32,000 nucleotides of DNA from an uncultured Chloroflexia bacterium. GTDB lineage: Bacteria > Chloroflexota > Ktedonobacteria > Ktedonobacterales > JADMIN01. The stretch's first letter is position 1; each line of letters starts with the position of its first letter. The notes under the pieces are model-generated. The model was given only the letters and a program-made list of their open reading frames with translations, did no database searches and had not been told where the DNA came from. Made by a program: the position numbers and the translations under genes. The stretch is taken from NCBI GenBank assembly GCA_963718915.1, contig CAVRAI010000003.1:180001-212000 (forward strand). Direction: 5' to 3'. Below, in pieces: positions 1 through 7,645 of this stretch.

Positions 1-168
1 CTCAAGCCGGAGACGGTCGAGCAGATGTTTGCCATCGAGAAGCATGACTGGGAGCACGAGTGGGCCAGCCAGGGCGAGTTCTTCCAGCAGTTTGGCGATC
101 ACCTGCCCGCCGCGATGACCGAGGAGCACAACGCGCTCAAGGCGCGCCTCAGCGCGATGCAGGGCTAA
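1..168 (+). CDS. GTP-type phosphoenolpyruvate carboxykinase, C-terminal 55 aa (gene truncated by the left window edge)
   Basis: Frame 1 is open from nt 1 to TAA at 166-168. It translates to LKPETVEQMFAIEKHDWEHEWASQGEFFQQFGDHLPAAMTEEHNALKARLSAMQG, which resembles the conserved C-terminal tail of GTP-dependent PEPCK (..W..E......F..FGD.LP......AL..RL). It is absent from the ORF track because it has no start codon. Confidence 0.5.
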   Translation, partial: LKPETVEQMFAIEKHDWEHEWASQGEFFQQFGDHLPAAMTEEHNALKARLSAMQG

Positions 169-390
169 CAGGGCATTCCTCATCTATGCGCCCTTCTCCA
201 GCAATGGGGAGGGGCGCATGTGTCTATGGGTCGCGCTTCATCACATTGCGCCGCGCACAATTCGCGTACACATGGCATACGCGCACTGCTGCTTTTTCCT
301 GATGGCGCCACCGCCGGATTCTGGCTACACTTGCTCATAGTACGTACTACATTGTGGGCAAGCCATGCGGCTACGAGCGAAAGGCAGAAC

Positions 391-678
391 ATGATGGTTA
401 TCTTGCAGATCGAGCACGCCGTCGCCAACTTCGACGGGTGGAAGCAGGCATTCGACGCCGATCCGGTGGGGCGACAGCGCATGGGCGTGCGCCGCTACCG
501 CATCATGCGACTCGTCAACGACCCGAACTTCGCAATCATCGAGTTGGAGTTCGATTCCGCGCCCGAGGCGGAGGCGTTGCTCGCGGCGATGCGTGAGGTC
601 TGGGGGCGCGTGCAGGGAACGCTGATCGAATCCCCACAGGCGCGCATCACCGAGCTTGTCGAGCGCGTCGAGCTGTAA
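391..678 (+). CDS. Small (95 aa) hypothetical protein, possibly a ferredoxin-like alpha+beta fold
   Basis: This is the in-frame ATG inside ORF 220..678. MMVILQIEHAVANFDGWKQAFDADPVGRQRMGVRRYRIMRLVNDPNFAIIELEFDSAPEAEALL looks like a compact globular domain. The upstream 57 codons of the ORF look non-coding. Function not recognised. Confidence 0.55.
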   Translation: MMVILQIEHAVANFDGWKQAFDADPVGRQRMGVRRYRIMRLVNDPNFAIIELEFDSAPEAEALLAAMREVWGRVQGTLIESPQARITELVERVEL

Positions 679-684
679 GTCAGA

Positions 685-774
685 GCTCTCCCGCCCGCGC
701 GTGTGGTAGGCTCCCCCGCAAGCGCCCCAACTAGGCGCGACCAACCGCTCTCCCGCCCGCGCGTGTGGTAGGCT
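685..774. repeat. Two identical 28-bp direct repeats (685-712 and 747-774) separated by 34 bp
   Basis: GCTCTCCCGCCCGCGCGTGTGGTAGGCT occurs twice without mismatch, between the stop at 678 and the amidohydrolase ATG at 825. Each copy ends in TGgTAGGCT, which resembles an extended -10 element. Confidence 0.9.
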
Positions 775-824
775 AGGCATAGCAGCGGCTGTGCGAGCAT
801 ACGCGCCTATTCGGGAGAGACGAG

Positions 825-2129
825 ATGTCGGCGACGAGCATTCTGCGCGGGGCGACCCTGATTGACGGAACCGGACGACCGCCGGTCGAGCATGCGGTGG
901 TAGCCTTCCGCGATGGCCGCATCCTCTACGCCGGAGGGGCTGACGGCTGGCAGGCGGAGACACTGCGTCTGGCGGATTCCGGCGAGACGGTCGTCCTCGA
1001 TCTCGCGGGGCAGTATGTGCTGCCAGGGCTGATTGACCTGCATGTGCATCTGGCAATGGGTGGCGAGGCCGACAGCCGCCTGCAAGGCGAACACGCCTGG
1101 ACAACGCTGGTGATGCTGGCGCACGCGCGCAACAGTCTGGCAGCGGGCATCACGACGATCCGTGATGTCGGCGGGCGTTTCGGGCTGGAGTTCGCGGTAC
1201 GTCGCGCCGTCGAGGCGGGCCTCTATGTCGGGCCGCGCATGGTGCTCTCGGGCAAACTTCTCTCGATCACCTCGGCGGGAACCGAGTACTACGACGGCAT
1301 GTACCGCGAGGCCGACGGCCCAGATGAAGTGCGCCGGGCGACCCGCGAGCAGATCAAAGCGGGCGCCGACTGGATCAAAGTGATGGCGACCGGCGCGGTG
1401 CTGACGCCGGGAGAATCGCCGGGCGCGGTACAGTTTGGGCCGGATGAGCTGGCGATGGCGGTCACAGAGGCGGCCAAGGCCGGGCGACCCGTCGCCGCGC
1501 ACGCGCATGGCATCGAGGGCATCCGCAACGCGGTGGCGGCGGGAGTGCGCACCATCGAACACGGCACCTATCTGCACCGCGACCCCCAGGTGATGGAGAC
1601 GATGGCCGAGCGCGGCATCTATCTCGTGCCAACGCTCAAGGCAGGGTTCGACGTCATCAATAGCGACGCCGCCAGCATGCCCGCATGGATCGTCGAGAAG
1701 ATGAAGGAAGTGCAGGAGGATGCGCTGCTGAGCGTGCGGCGCGCGCTGGAGATGGGCGTGCCCATCGCGATGGGGACCGATGCGGCGACGCCCTACAACT
1801 TCCACGGCGAGAACGCGATGGAGCTTGTCTGGATGGCCGAGGCGGGTCTCTCGCCGATGCAGTGCATCACTGCGGCGACCGCCAGCGCGGCGCGCGCCCT
1901 CGGCTGGGAAAGCTGGCTGGGGACGCTAGAGGCTGGCAAGGTGGCTGATCTCGTCGTCTGCGCCGCGAATCCGCTGGAAGACCTGCGCTACCTGGCCAAC
2001 CGCAGCAAGATTACCATGGTCTTCAAAGATGGGCAGGTCGTGGCGCGCCAACTCGCGCATGATGAGGGCGCCATCCCCGACGAGATGCTGGCGGGCGGCT
2101 GGATCTGCTGCGGGCTGCCGGTGAACTAA
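825..2129 (+). CDS. Metal-dependent amidohydrolase (imidazolonepropionase / Xaa-Pro dipeptidase-like superfamily)
   Basis: 434-aa ORF with RBS GGGAGAG upstream. It carries the amidohydrolase metal-ligand motifs: LIDLHVHL (HxH), KVMATGAV (carbamylated Lys position), AAHAHG, IEHGTYL and MGTDA. Confidence 0.9.
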   Translation: MSATSILRGATLIDGTGRPPVEHAVVAFRDGRILYAGGADGWQAETLRLADSGETVVLDLAGQYVLPGLIDLHVHLAMGGEADSRLQGEHAWTTLVMLAHARNSLAAGITTIRDVGGRFGLEFAVRRAVEAGLYVGPRMVLSGKLLSITSAGTEYYDGMYREADGPDEVRRATREQIKAGADWIKVMATGAVLTPGESPGAVQFGPDELAMAVTEAAKAGRPVAAHAHGIEGIRNAVAAGVRTIEHGTYLHRDPQVMETMAERGIYLVPTLKAGFDVINSDAASMPAWIVEKMKEVQEDALLSVRRALEMGVPIAMGTDAATPYNFHGENAMELVWMAEAGLSPMQCITAATASAARALGWESWLGTLEAGKVADLVVCAANPLEDLRYLANRSKITMVFKDGQVVARQLAHDEGAIPDEMLAGGWICCGLPVN

Positions 2130-2177
2130 TGGCTAACGGATAGCGCTCCGATATACCTGCGATTGCATGGTGTCATG

Positions 2178-2564
2178 TTACGCCCGGTGACTTGCCTTGC
2201 GTAGCGCGTGAATGATTGACTCCGCGGATGGGTATGGAGCGAATCGGCCGTCGGGTTGACGGTATAAACGACAGGCGAGAGAAGGCGGCGCTGCCACATC
2301 TGGAGGAGCGACATCCTCATCGTTGACGCGAATCGTTGGTGAGCCATAGAAGTTGTGCCGCTGGGCCGCATCGTCGGTCTCTACAGCGATCATATCAATC
2401 TCTGGGGCAAGCCCTTCCGCAAGGAGCGTTTCATAGAGAAGCGCGAGCGCTTGCGGTGAATTGGGGCAGGCCGCAAAATACAAAAATTGGATACGCAATC
2501 CGCCGGGGTCGTCAGTTCGGCGACGGCCGCCCGAGGTGGATTCCATCTTCGATTCCGCGCTCAT
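2178..2564 (-). CDS. Thioredoxin-fold-like small protein, probably metal or redox associated (paired with ArsR)
   Basis: 128-aa ORF with ATG at 2564 preceded by a GAGGTGAG RBS. LRIQFLYFAACPNSPQALALL...FYGSPTIRVN resembles thioredoxin/glutaredoxin-like small proteins. It lies downstream of and co-directional with an ArsR regulator, with a perfect palindrome between them. Confidence 0.65.
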   Translation of the reverse strand: MSAESKMESTSGGRRRTDDPGGLRIQFLYFAACPNSPQALALLYETLLAEGLAPEIDMIAVETDDAAQRHNFYGSPTIRVNDEDVAPPDVAAPPSLACRLYRQPDGRFAPYPSAESIIHALRKASHRA

Positions 2565-2708
2565 ATGCTCTCACCTCACCCCTACGCTCCGTGCTCATCT
2601 CATCTACTCATATCGTCGCCAACTCGCTCCAACGCCCCAGCAAACAACGTGTACGCCCGCTGGAGCGCCAGATCGCCCATCATCGTCTCATCTCTTCTTA
2701 GTTCGTAG

Positions 2709-2728
2709 ATATCTGGATATCCAGATAT
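2709..2728. promoter_or_regulatory. Perfect 20-bp palindrome ATATCTGGAT/ATCCAGATAT, candidate ArsR/SmtB operator
   Basis: Exact inverted repeat read directly from the sequence. It sits 55 bp after the arsR stop and about 145 bp upstream of the thioredoxin-like gene. It shares the ATATC-N10-GATAT frame with the site at 3202-3221. Confidence 0.6.
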
Positions 2729-2782
2729 GATGGCGCAACAACGACAATCTTTGACATACAGGGCTTCGAGAAGCGACAGGAT

Positions 2783-3184
2783 TTAGCGAATCATGCCGCA
2801 GCTTGCGACACCTGCCGCATGATCGTGCAGGACGGCGCTTCCCAGCGCCAGCAACTCGCGCACACGTGGGTCGGCGACGCGGTAGAAGACCTGCTTGCCC
2901 TCTCGTCGGGGCTGGACAAGGCCGCACCAGCGCAGGCATCCGAGATGGGTGGAGACACGACTCTGGGGAACACCGAGCGCCGCTACCAATTCGCCCACAC
3001 TACACTCGCCACCAGGCGCATCGAGCAACAGGTATAGCAAACGAATACGTGTAGGGTCGCCAAGCACGCGGAAGAAACGCGCGGACAAATCAGCCGCTTC
3101 GATCCCTGCCGCAAGGCTGCTGCCAGGCGTCTCACCCTCAACGGGATATATATCCCTTCCCAGGAGTTGTGTATTCTCAGTCAT
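2783..3184 (-). CDS. ArsR/SmtB-family metalloregulatory transcription repressor
   Basis: FRVLGDPTRIRLLYLLLD...CSVGELVAALGVPQSRVSTHLGCLRWCGLV is the classic ArsR winged HTH. Cys residues flank the HTH and there is a C-terminal Cys (ASCG). The ORF track starts at GTG 3199, but ATG 3184 has the better RBS (GAGAGAA). Confidence 0.9.
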   Translation of the reverse strand: MTENTQLLGRDIYPVEGETPGSSLAAGIEAADLSARFFRVLGDPTRIRLLYLLLDAPGGECSVGELVAALGVPQSRVSTHLGCLRWCGLVQPRREGKQVFYRVADPRVRELLALGSAVLHDHAAGVASCGMIR

Positions 3185-3201
3185 GCGGGTTTCTCTCACT
3201 C

Positions 3202-3221
3202 ATATCAAGACATTCTGATAT
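3202..3221. promoter_or_regulatory. Imperfect inverted repeat ATATCAAGAC/ATTCTGATAT, candidate autoregulatory ArsR operator
   Basis: It has the same ATATC...GATAT outer arms and the same 20-bp span as the perfect palindrome at 2709-2728. It lies immediately upstream of the arsR start. Confidence 0.45.
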
Positions 3222-3301
3222 ATCAAATATGTAGCATCTTTGTTGAAGAATCGCAAGCCACGTCTTCAGGGCAACCCTTGCGGAAAGCGCAGGCTCGCTC
3301 T

Positions 3302-3329
3302 TTGCCGCCGAATGCCCGCATGGTACAAT
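3302..3329 (+). promoter_or_regulatory. Sigma-70-like promoter TTGCCG-16 bp-TGgTACAAT in front of the Vsr-Dcm gene
   Basis: The -35 TTGCCG is at 3302-3307 and the -10 TACAAT at 3324-3329, with an upstream TG. The predicted transcription start is only a few nt before ATG 3340, which implies a near-leaderless mRNA. Confidence 0.45.
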
Positions 3330-3339
3330 ATTTCTATCT

Positions 3340-4983
3340 ATGTACTGGCGGGAGGCTCCTCAATGGCTGACTCAGAAAACGACTCGCTCTGACACCGAGG
3401 TTTCCGCAATCATGCGCAAGGTGCATTCGCGGGATACCACGCCTGAGATGGCCTTTCGCAAGGCGCTCTGGGCGCGCGGTATTCGCTACAACGTTTGCCC
3501 TGTTGATATGGCAGGCAAGCCAGATATTGTCATTCCATCCCGGCGACTGGCCATCTTTATCGATGGCGACTTCTGGCATGGCGGCCAATGGCAGCGCAGA
3601 GGCTTGACGACGCTCGAAGATCAATTCCGCGAGACGACTACGAGAAGTTACTGGCTGCGAAAGATTCGCCGCAACATCCAGCGCGACTGCCACAACACAG
3701 CGGCGCTGCAACGCGACGGGTGGACAGTCTTGCGCATCTGGGAAAGCCAGATCAAGAGTGACCTGGAAGCATGTGTGCGAATGACCATACAAATTCTGGA
3801 TGGTGAGTTGAAACCATCTCCACTCTCGCTTGTCCCGCGGATGACCTTCCTCGAATTCTTCGCGGGCATCGGCCTGATGCGAATGGGGCTGGAGCAGGGC
3901 GGCTGGTCAATACAGTACGCCAATGATCTTGATGAGCAGAAGCGCGCGATGTATGCGTCTCACTTCAACGATACAGAGGAACATTTTATCCTCGGCGATA
4001 TTCACACCATCCCCGTAGACCAGATTCCCTCCGCAACGCTGGCGACCGCCTCTTTCCCCTGCAACGACCTGTCGCTGGCTGGCTCGCGGCATGGGCTGGT
4101 TGGCAAGCAATCGTCAGCGTTCTGGGGCTTTGTGCGCGTGCTGGAGGAGATGGGCGCGCGCAGGCCACCGCTGGTGTTACTCGAAAACGTCCCCGGCTTC
4201 CTCACCTCGCATGGTGGGCGTGACTTCCAGCAGGCGCTGCTGGCCTTGAATCACCTGGGATACGCGGTTGACACGTTCATCCTCGATGCCGCGCGCTTTG
4301 TGCCGCAGAGCAGGCAGCGCCTCTTCGTGATTGGCATGCAGCGACCCCATGAGGAAACCCTGCGCGTCAAAGACCGTAGACGCGACTATACGTCACAGGG
4401 CTTCGAGAGCGATGTCAGGCCAAGGGCGCTGGCGGATTTCATCCGGTCTCACACTGAGATTGACTGGAACATCCGCGATCTGCCCTCACAACCAGCGCTG
4501 AGTGTAGGCCTGCGCGACATCCTCGAAGACCTGCGGCACGATGCCCCGGAATGGTGGAGCGACGAACGCGCGGAATACCTGCTCAATCAGATGAGTCCAC
4601 GCCACCGGGCAGTGGCCGAACAGATGATCGCGGGCGCGGACTGGTCATACGGAACGGTTTTCCGGCGGATGCGCAAGGGCAAATCCATGGCGGAACTGCG
4701 CACCGACGATATCGCCGGGTGCCTGCGCACGCCGCGCGGTGGGAGCGGACGCCAGATGCTTTTCAAAGCAGGTAAGGGCGAGTTTCACGTGCGGCTCATG
4801 ACACCGCGAGAAGCGGCGAGACTCATGGGAGCCGACGACTACACTATCTCGGTTTCGCTCAATCAGGCGCTCTTCGGCTTTGGCGACGCGGTCTGCGTGC
4901 CCGTTATCGAGTGGATCGCCACGCATTATCTGAACCCTGTGGTATCCGAGGTCACTCATGGTTACCCGTTGAGCCACGCCTGA
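3340..4983 (+). CDS. Fusion protein: N-terminal Vsr-type (very short patch repair, T:G mismatch) endonuclease plus C-terminal DNA (cytosine-5) methyltransferase
   Basis: Vsr part (about aa 15-150): TRSDTEVSAIMRKVHSRDTTPEMAFRKALWARGIRY, GKPDIVIPSRRLAIFIDGDFWHG, GWTVLRIWE. C5-MTase part: motif I FLEFFAGIGLMRMG, motif IV FPCNDLSLAG, motif VI LLENVPGF, motif VIII QSRQRLF, GCLRTPRGGSGRQ, motif X GFGDAVCVPV. It is one uninterrupted 547-codon frame. Confidence 0.9.
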   Translation: MYWREAPQWLTQKTTRSDTEVSAIMRKVHSRDTTPEMAFRKALWARGIRYNVCPVDMAGKPDIVIPSRRLAIFIDGDFWHGGQWQRRGLTTLEDQFRETTTRSYWLRKIRRNIQRDCHNTAALQRDGWTVLRIWESQIKSDLEACVRMTIQILDGELKPSPLSLVPRMTFLEFFAGIGLMRMGLEQGGWSIQYANDLDEQKRAMYASHFNDTEEHFILGDIHTIPVDQIPSATLATASFPCNDLSLAGSRHGLVGKQSSAFWGFVRVLEEMGARRPPLVLLENVPGFLTSHGGRDFQQALLALNHLGYAVDTFILDAARFVPQSRQRLFVIGMQRPHEETLRVKDRRRDYTSQGFESDVRPRALADFIRSHTEIDWNIRDLPSQPALSVGLRDILEDLRHDAPEWWSDERAEYLLNQMSPRHRAVAEQMIAGADWSYGTVFRRMRKGKSMAELRTDDIAGCLRTPRGGSGRQMLFKAGKGEFHVRLMTPREAARLMGADDYTISVSLNQALFGFGDAVCVPVIEWIATHYLNPVVSEVTHGYPLSHA

Positions 4984-4986
4984 CAC

Positions 4987-5583
4987 TCACCCCTCCGGGC
5001 TGGCCAGCCAGAGACGCAGCAGCGCGCCGAGCAAGCCGAGCAGCAACGCAAGAACAAAGCCGAGCACGTAGGGGATCAGCAAGACGACGAAGACCAGATC
5101 GCCGAAGTCGCTGGATGGGCCAGAGGAGGAAAACTGGCCGAGCAGCAGCGGCGCGAGCAGGTTGTGCAGCCCCATGCCGACCCACGCCAGCACACCGCAG
5201 CTCAGCGCCAGCCCCACCGTCCCACCGAGACGCGCGCCACGAGTCCCCACCGCGAAGGCGGCAATCAGCGGGCAAAGGACGACCGCCAACCCGATCATGA
5301 AGGTCGTGTCGAACTTCGGAAAGCCCTGGATGGCATTGAGCAACACATCGCCCAGCGGCAGGACAACCACTACTAGCGCGACCGCCAGCCCCACCCGCGC
5401 TAGCGCGCCACCCCGCCGCTCCGTCTTCATCAGCGCCACCGCCAGCAGCGGCGGCACGGCAATCACCAGCGCGTTGAGCGCCACATCGAGCGCGGTAGGA
5501 TGGGTGAGATCGAACCAGGGGCCAGCCAGCGCGCCAATCAGCAGCGCCAGCGCCAGCCGGATGAATGTCGAACTGCGTGCCAT
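4987..5583 (-). CDS. Polytopic membrane protein, unknown function
   Basis: The internal ATG (MARSSTFIRLALALLIGALAG...) is preceded by AGGAGAG. The protein has about six hydrophobic helices and no recognisable catalytic motif. Confidence 0.6.
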   Translation of the reverse strand: MARSSTFIRLALALLIGALAGPWFDLTHPTALDVALNALVIAVPPLLAVALMKTERRGGALARVGLAVALVVVVLPLGDVLLNAIQGFPKFDTTFMIGLAVVLCPLIAAFAVGTRGARLGGTVGLALSCGVLAWVGMGLHNLLAPLLLGQFSSSGPSSDFGDLVFVVLLIPYVLGFVLALLLGLLGALLRLWLASPEG

Positions 5584-5748
5584 GCGTCTCTCCTGCTGCC
5601 CGCTTTTCTCCATCCATCGGTCAATCAGGCCGCAAGGGATATCAGGGGCAGGTGTCCAGCAGAGTACACTGACGGCGAAAGCATGTCAATCAGCAAGAAT
5701 GCGGGCGGCTGGATTCCCTTCGGCCTGCTGCTGGGATGCGGCGATGGC

Positions 5749-6231
5749 TCAGTCGTGGCGGGGCTGGCGGCTGGCATGCTGGGTGGCGGCTCTGGCGTAG
5801 GCGTCGGCCAGTAACGGCTTGACGGCCTCAAAGGTTGCCGGGCCGGGGTTGAGCACACAGACCCACGATTGCGGCGCGTACACCGGATGCGGCATCACCC
5901 TGTCCGGGGTGGCGAAGTCATAGGCGGCGCTCGCCGTACTCTCCTCGCCGGGCGCATAGCCAAAGAGCGCGCGAAAGGTGTCTCTGCTCACGCCGATGTT
6001 AAGCCGAAACACGTCTGGCCGATTCAAATTCGAGGTGTTGTCGAAGTCGCCGTAGTCTTTGGTGACAATCGTGGCGAAGGGGAGCCGACGCGACGGATCG
6101 AGGTTGCGCTGGGGATCATAGTAGATGAAGGTGTCGCCCGCGCCAGGGCCGTCGGTTGGCCTGACAATATCGAGACCGCTGAACGTATCCGTGATGTATT
6201 GGATGATAGCATCCTGGTCCATGTGATCCAT
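5749..6231 (-). CDS. Hypothetical cytoplasmic protein (resembles the DUF6194 family as I recall it)
   Basis: MDHMDQDAIIQYITDTFSGLDIV...FATIVTKDYGDFDNTSNLNRPDVFRLNIGVSRDTF. The ATG at 6231 is preceded by AGGTGG. The family assignment is from memory only. Confidence 0.65.
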   Translation of the reverse strand: MDHMDQDAIIQYITDTFSGLDIVRPTDGPGAGDTFIYYDPQRNLDPSRRLPFATIVTKDYGDFDNTSNLNRPDVFRLNIGVSRDTFRALFGYAPGEESTASAAYDFATPDRVMPHPVYAPQSWVCVLNPGPATFEAVKPLLADAYARAATQHASRQPRHD

Positions 6232-6376
6232 ATGCCACACCACCTTACTGCTTGGGGTCGTCGTGGGCCACGCACGCGATAGCCCGGTCTATGAGTGTAT
6301 CACGCCTGCTCTCCGCAAGCCACGGCTGCTCATCTCCGCGCCCCTCAAGCGGCAAAGGCACGAGGAATACGGGCGG

Positions 6377-7645
6377 CTAATGATAGACTGCCAGCACGCG
6401 CAGAGTCTGGCGATCCGCCAGCAGCGTCAGGCGGGCCGCGCTCGTGGTATCGGCTAACTGAAGGCGCAGCGCGGGCTGACCCGCGAATTCCACCAGCAGC
6501 TCTGGCTCGCTGAGGTAGTGTGGGTGGTCGCGCATGAACCGCTGCGACTCGGCGCAGGACCAGTAGACCAGGTCGCTGGCGGCGAAGAGGCCGCTATGCC
6601 CGTCGGAACCATCTCGCGGCTGCTGGCATCTCCACCAGACCCAGAAGCGATACGGATGGCGGGCGAGGCTACCTGGCAGGTCCACGCCGGTTGGCGCCTG
6701 CACCTTATCCACCAGACGCAACAGGGCGGGCGCGCCACAGAATGGGCAGCGATACGCGCCAGATTGGAGCGCCTGGGTGAAGCGCTGGGCTGTCCCCTGC
6801 ATCGTGCGCTTCCACGCCGGGCGAAAAGACTGCAAGCCATCGAGCTGGATCAGCCCTTTGCTGTGGACACTGCTGCTGTCGATATCGCAGAGGCCGGAGT
6901 CCTGCTCGCACGTAGGGCAGCGCATATGCAGATTGAGGCCGCCGTCGGGCTGGGCGATGAACATCCCCGCGAGGCGCTGTCGCCCGCAGGCCGGACACCA
7001 GAGGCGCGTCTCATGCCATTCCTGGGCGCTCGCATCATCCAGCGCCAGCCCAAACGCCTCGGCCTCGCGGCGTAATGGGCCGTTGAAGAGCGCGCGCAAC
7101 TGGCGGCGGGCGCGATGCAGCCGTGCTTCGAGCGCGCTAAGGGATAGCCCCAGGCGGTCCGTCGCCTCACGCTGCGGCAACTCGCGCAGGTAGCACAACT
7201 CGACGACTTCGCGGGCGGCGCCAGGGAGCAGGCCGAGCGCCTGATCGAGCAACAGCGCCATATCCTGGTGGTTGAGCGCTTCGATGGGATCGCTCGTCTC
7301 GCTATCCGGGATGTTGTCCAGCGTGACCGTCTCAGACGCGCGCTGCTCCCCATCATCAGCGGGCGCGGAGAGCGCGAGGTTGCGCTGTTCCGTGGCTTGT
7401 TTGCGCGCGTAACGACGGCAGACATTGCGGCAAATCTCGTCCAGCCAGCGGTCGATTCCCGTCGGATCATAGAGGCGATCCAGGCAGCGCCACGCCTCCA
7501 GCAGCGTCTCCTGCACCACATCCTCAGCCACATCGGGAGACACACCACGCAGGCGCGCCAGCCGCAGCAGCCGCGGACGCGCCGCCACGATCACCGTCTC
7601 AAGCGCCAGCGGCGCAATGCGTTCGATTCTCGTCTCGATCACCAT
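6377..7645 (-). CDS. ECF-type sigma-70 family sigma factor with a 230-aa Cys-rich C-terminal extension
   Basis: Sigma-2 region: DVAEDVVQETLLEAWRCLDRLYDPTGIDRWLDEICRNVCRRYARK. Sigma-4 region: LLPGAAREVVELCYLRELPQREATDRLGLSLSALEARLHRARRQLR. A non-sigma domain follows, with CPACG...CPTCE and CPFCG motifs. Confidence 0.85.
   Translation of the reverse strand: MVIETRIERIAPLALETVIVAARPRLLRLARLRGVSPDVAEDVVQETLLEAWRCLDRLYDPTGIDRWLDEICRNVCRRYARKQATEQRNLALSAPADDGEQRASETVTLDNIPDSETSDPIEALNHQDMALLLDQALGLLPGAAREVVELCYLRELPQREATDRLGLSLSALEARLHRARRQLRALFNGPLRREAEAFGLALDDASAQEWHETRLWCPACGRQRLAGMFIAQPDGGLNLHMRCPTCEQDSGLCDIDSSSVHSKGLIQLDGLQSFRPAWKRTMQGTAQRFTQALQSGAYRCPFCGAPALLRLVDKVQAPTGVDLPGSLARHPYRFWVWWRCQQPRDGSDGHSGLFAASDLVYWSCAESQRFMRDHPHYLSEPELLVEFAGQPALRLQLADTTSAARLTLLADRQTLRVLAVYH

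Noticed and set aside
807-1805. 332-aa minus-strand ORF
   Set aside because: It is entirely antisense to the well-supported amidohydrolase gene. The composition is Arg/His/Ala-rich and low-complexity, as expected for a high-GC shadow frame, and no motif is recognisable.
5683-5814. 43-codon Gly-rich hydrophobic ORF (MSISKNAGGWIPFGLLLGCGDGSVVAGLAAGMLGGGSGVGVGQ)
   Set aside because: It overlaps the 3' end of the DUF6194-like gene on the opposite strand and has a weak RBS. The Gly-rich sequence is what the antisense of Ala/Pro-rich coding DNA yields.
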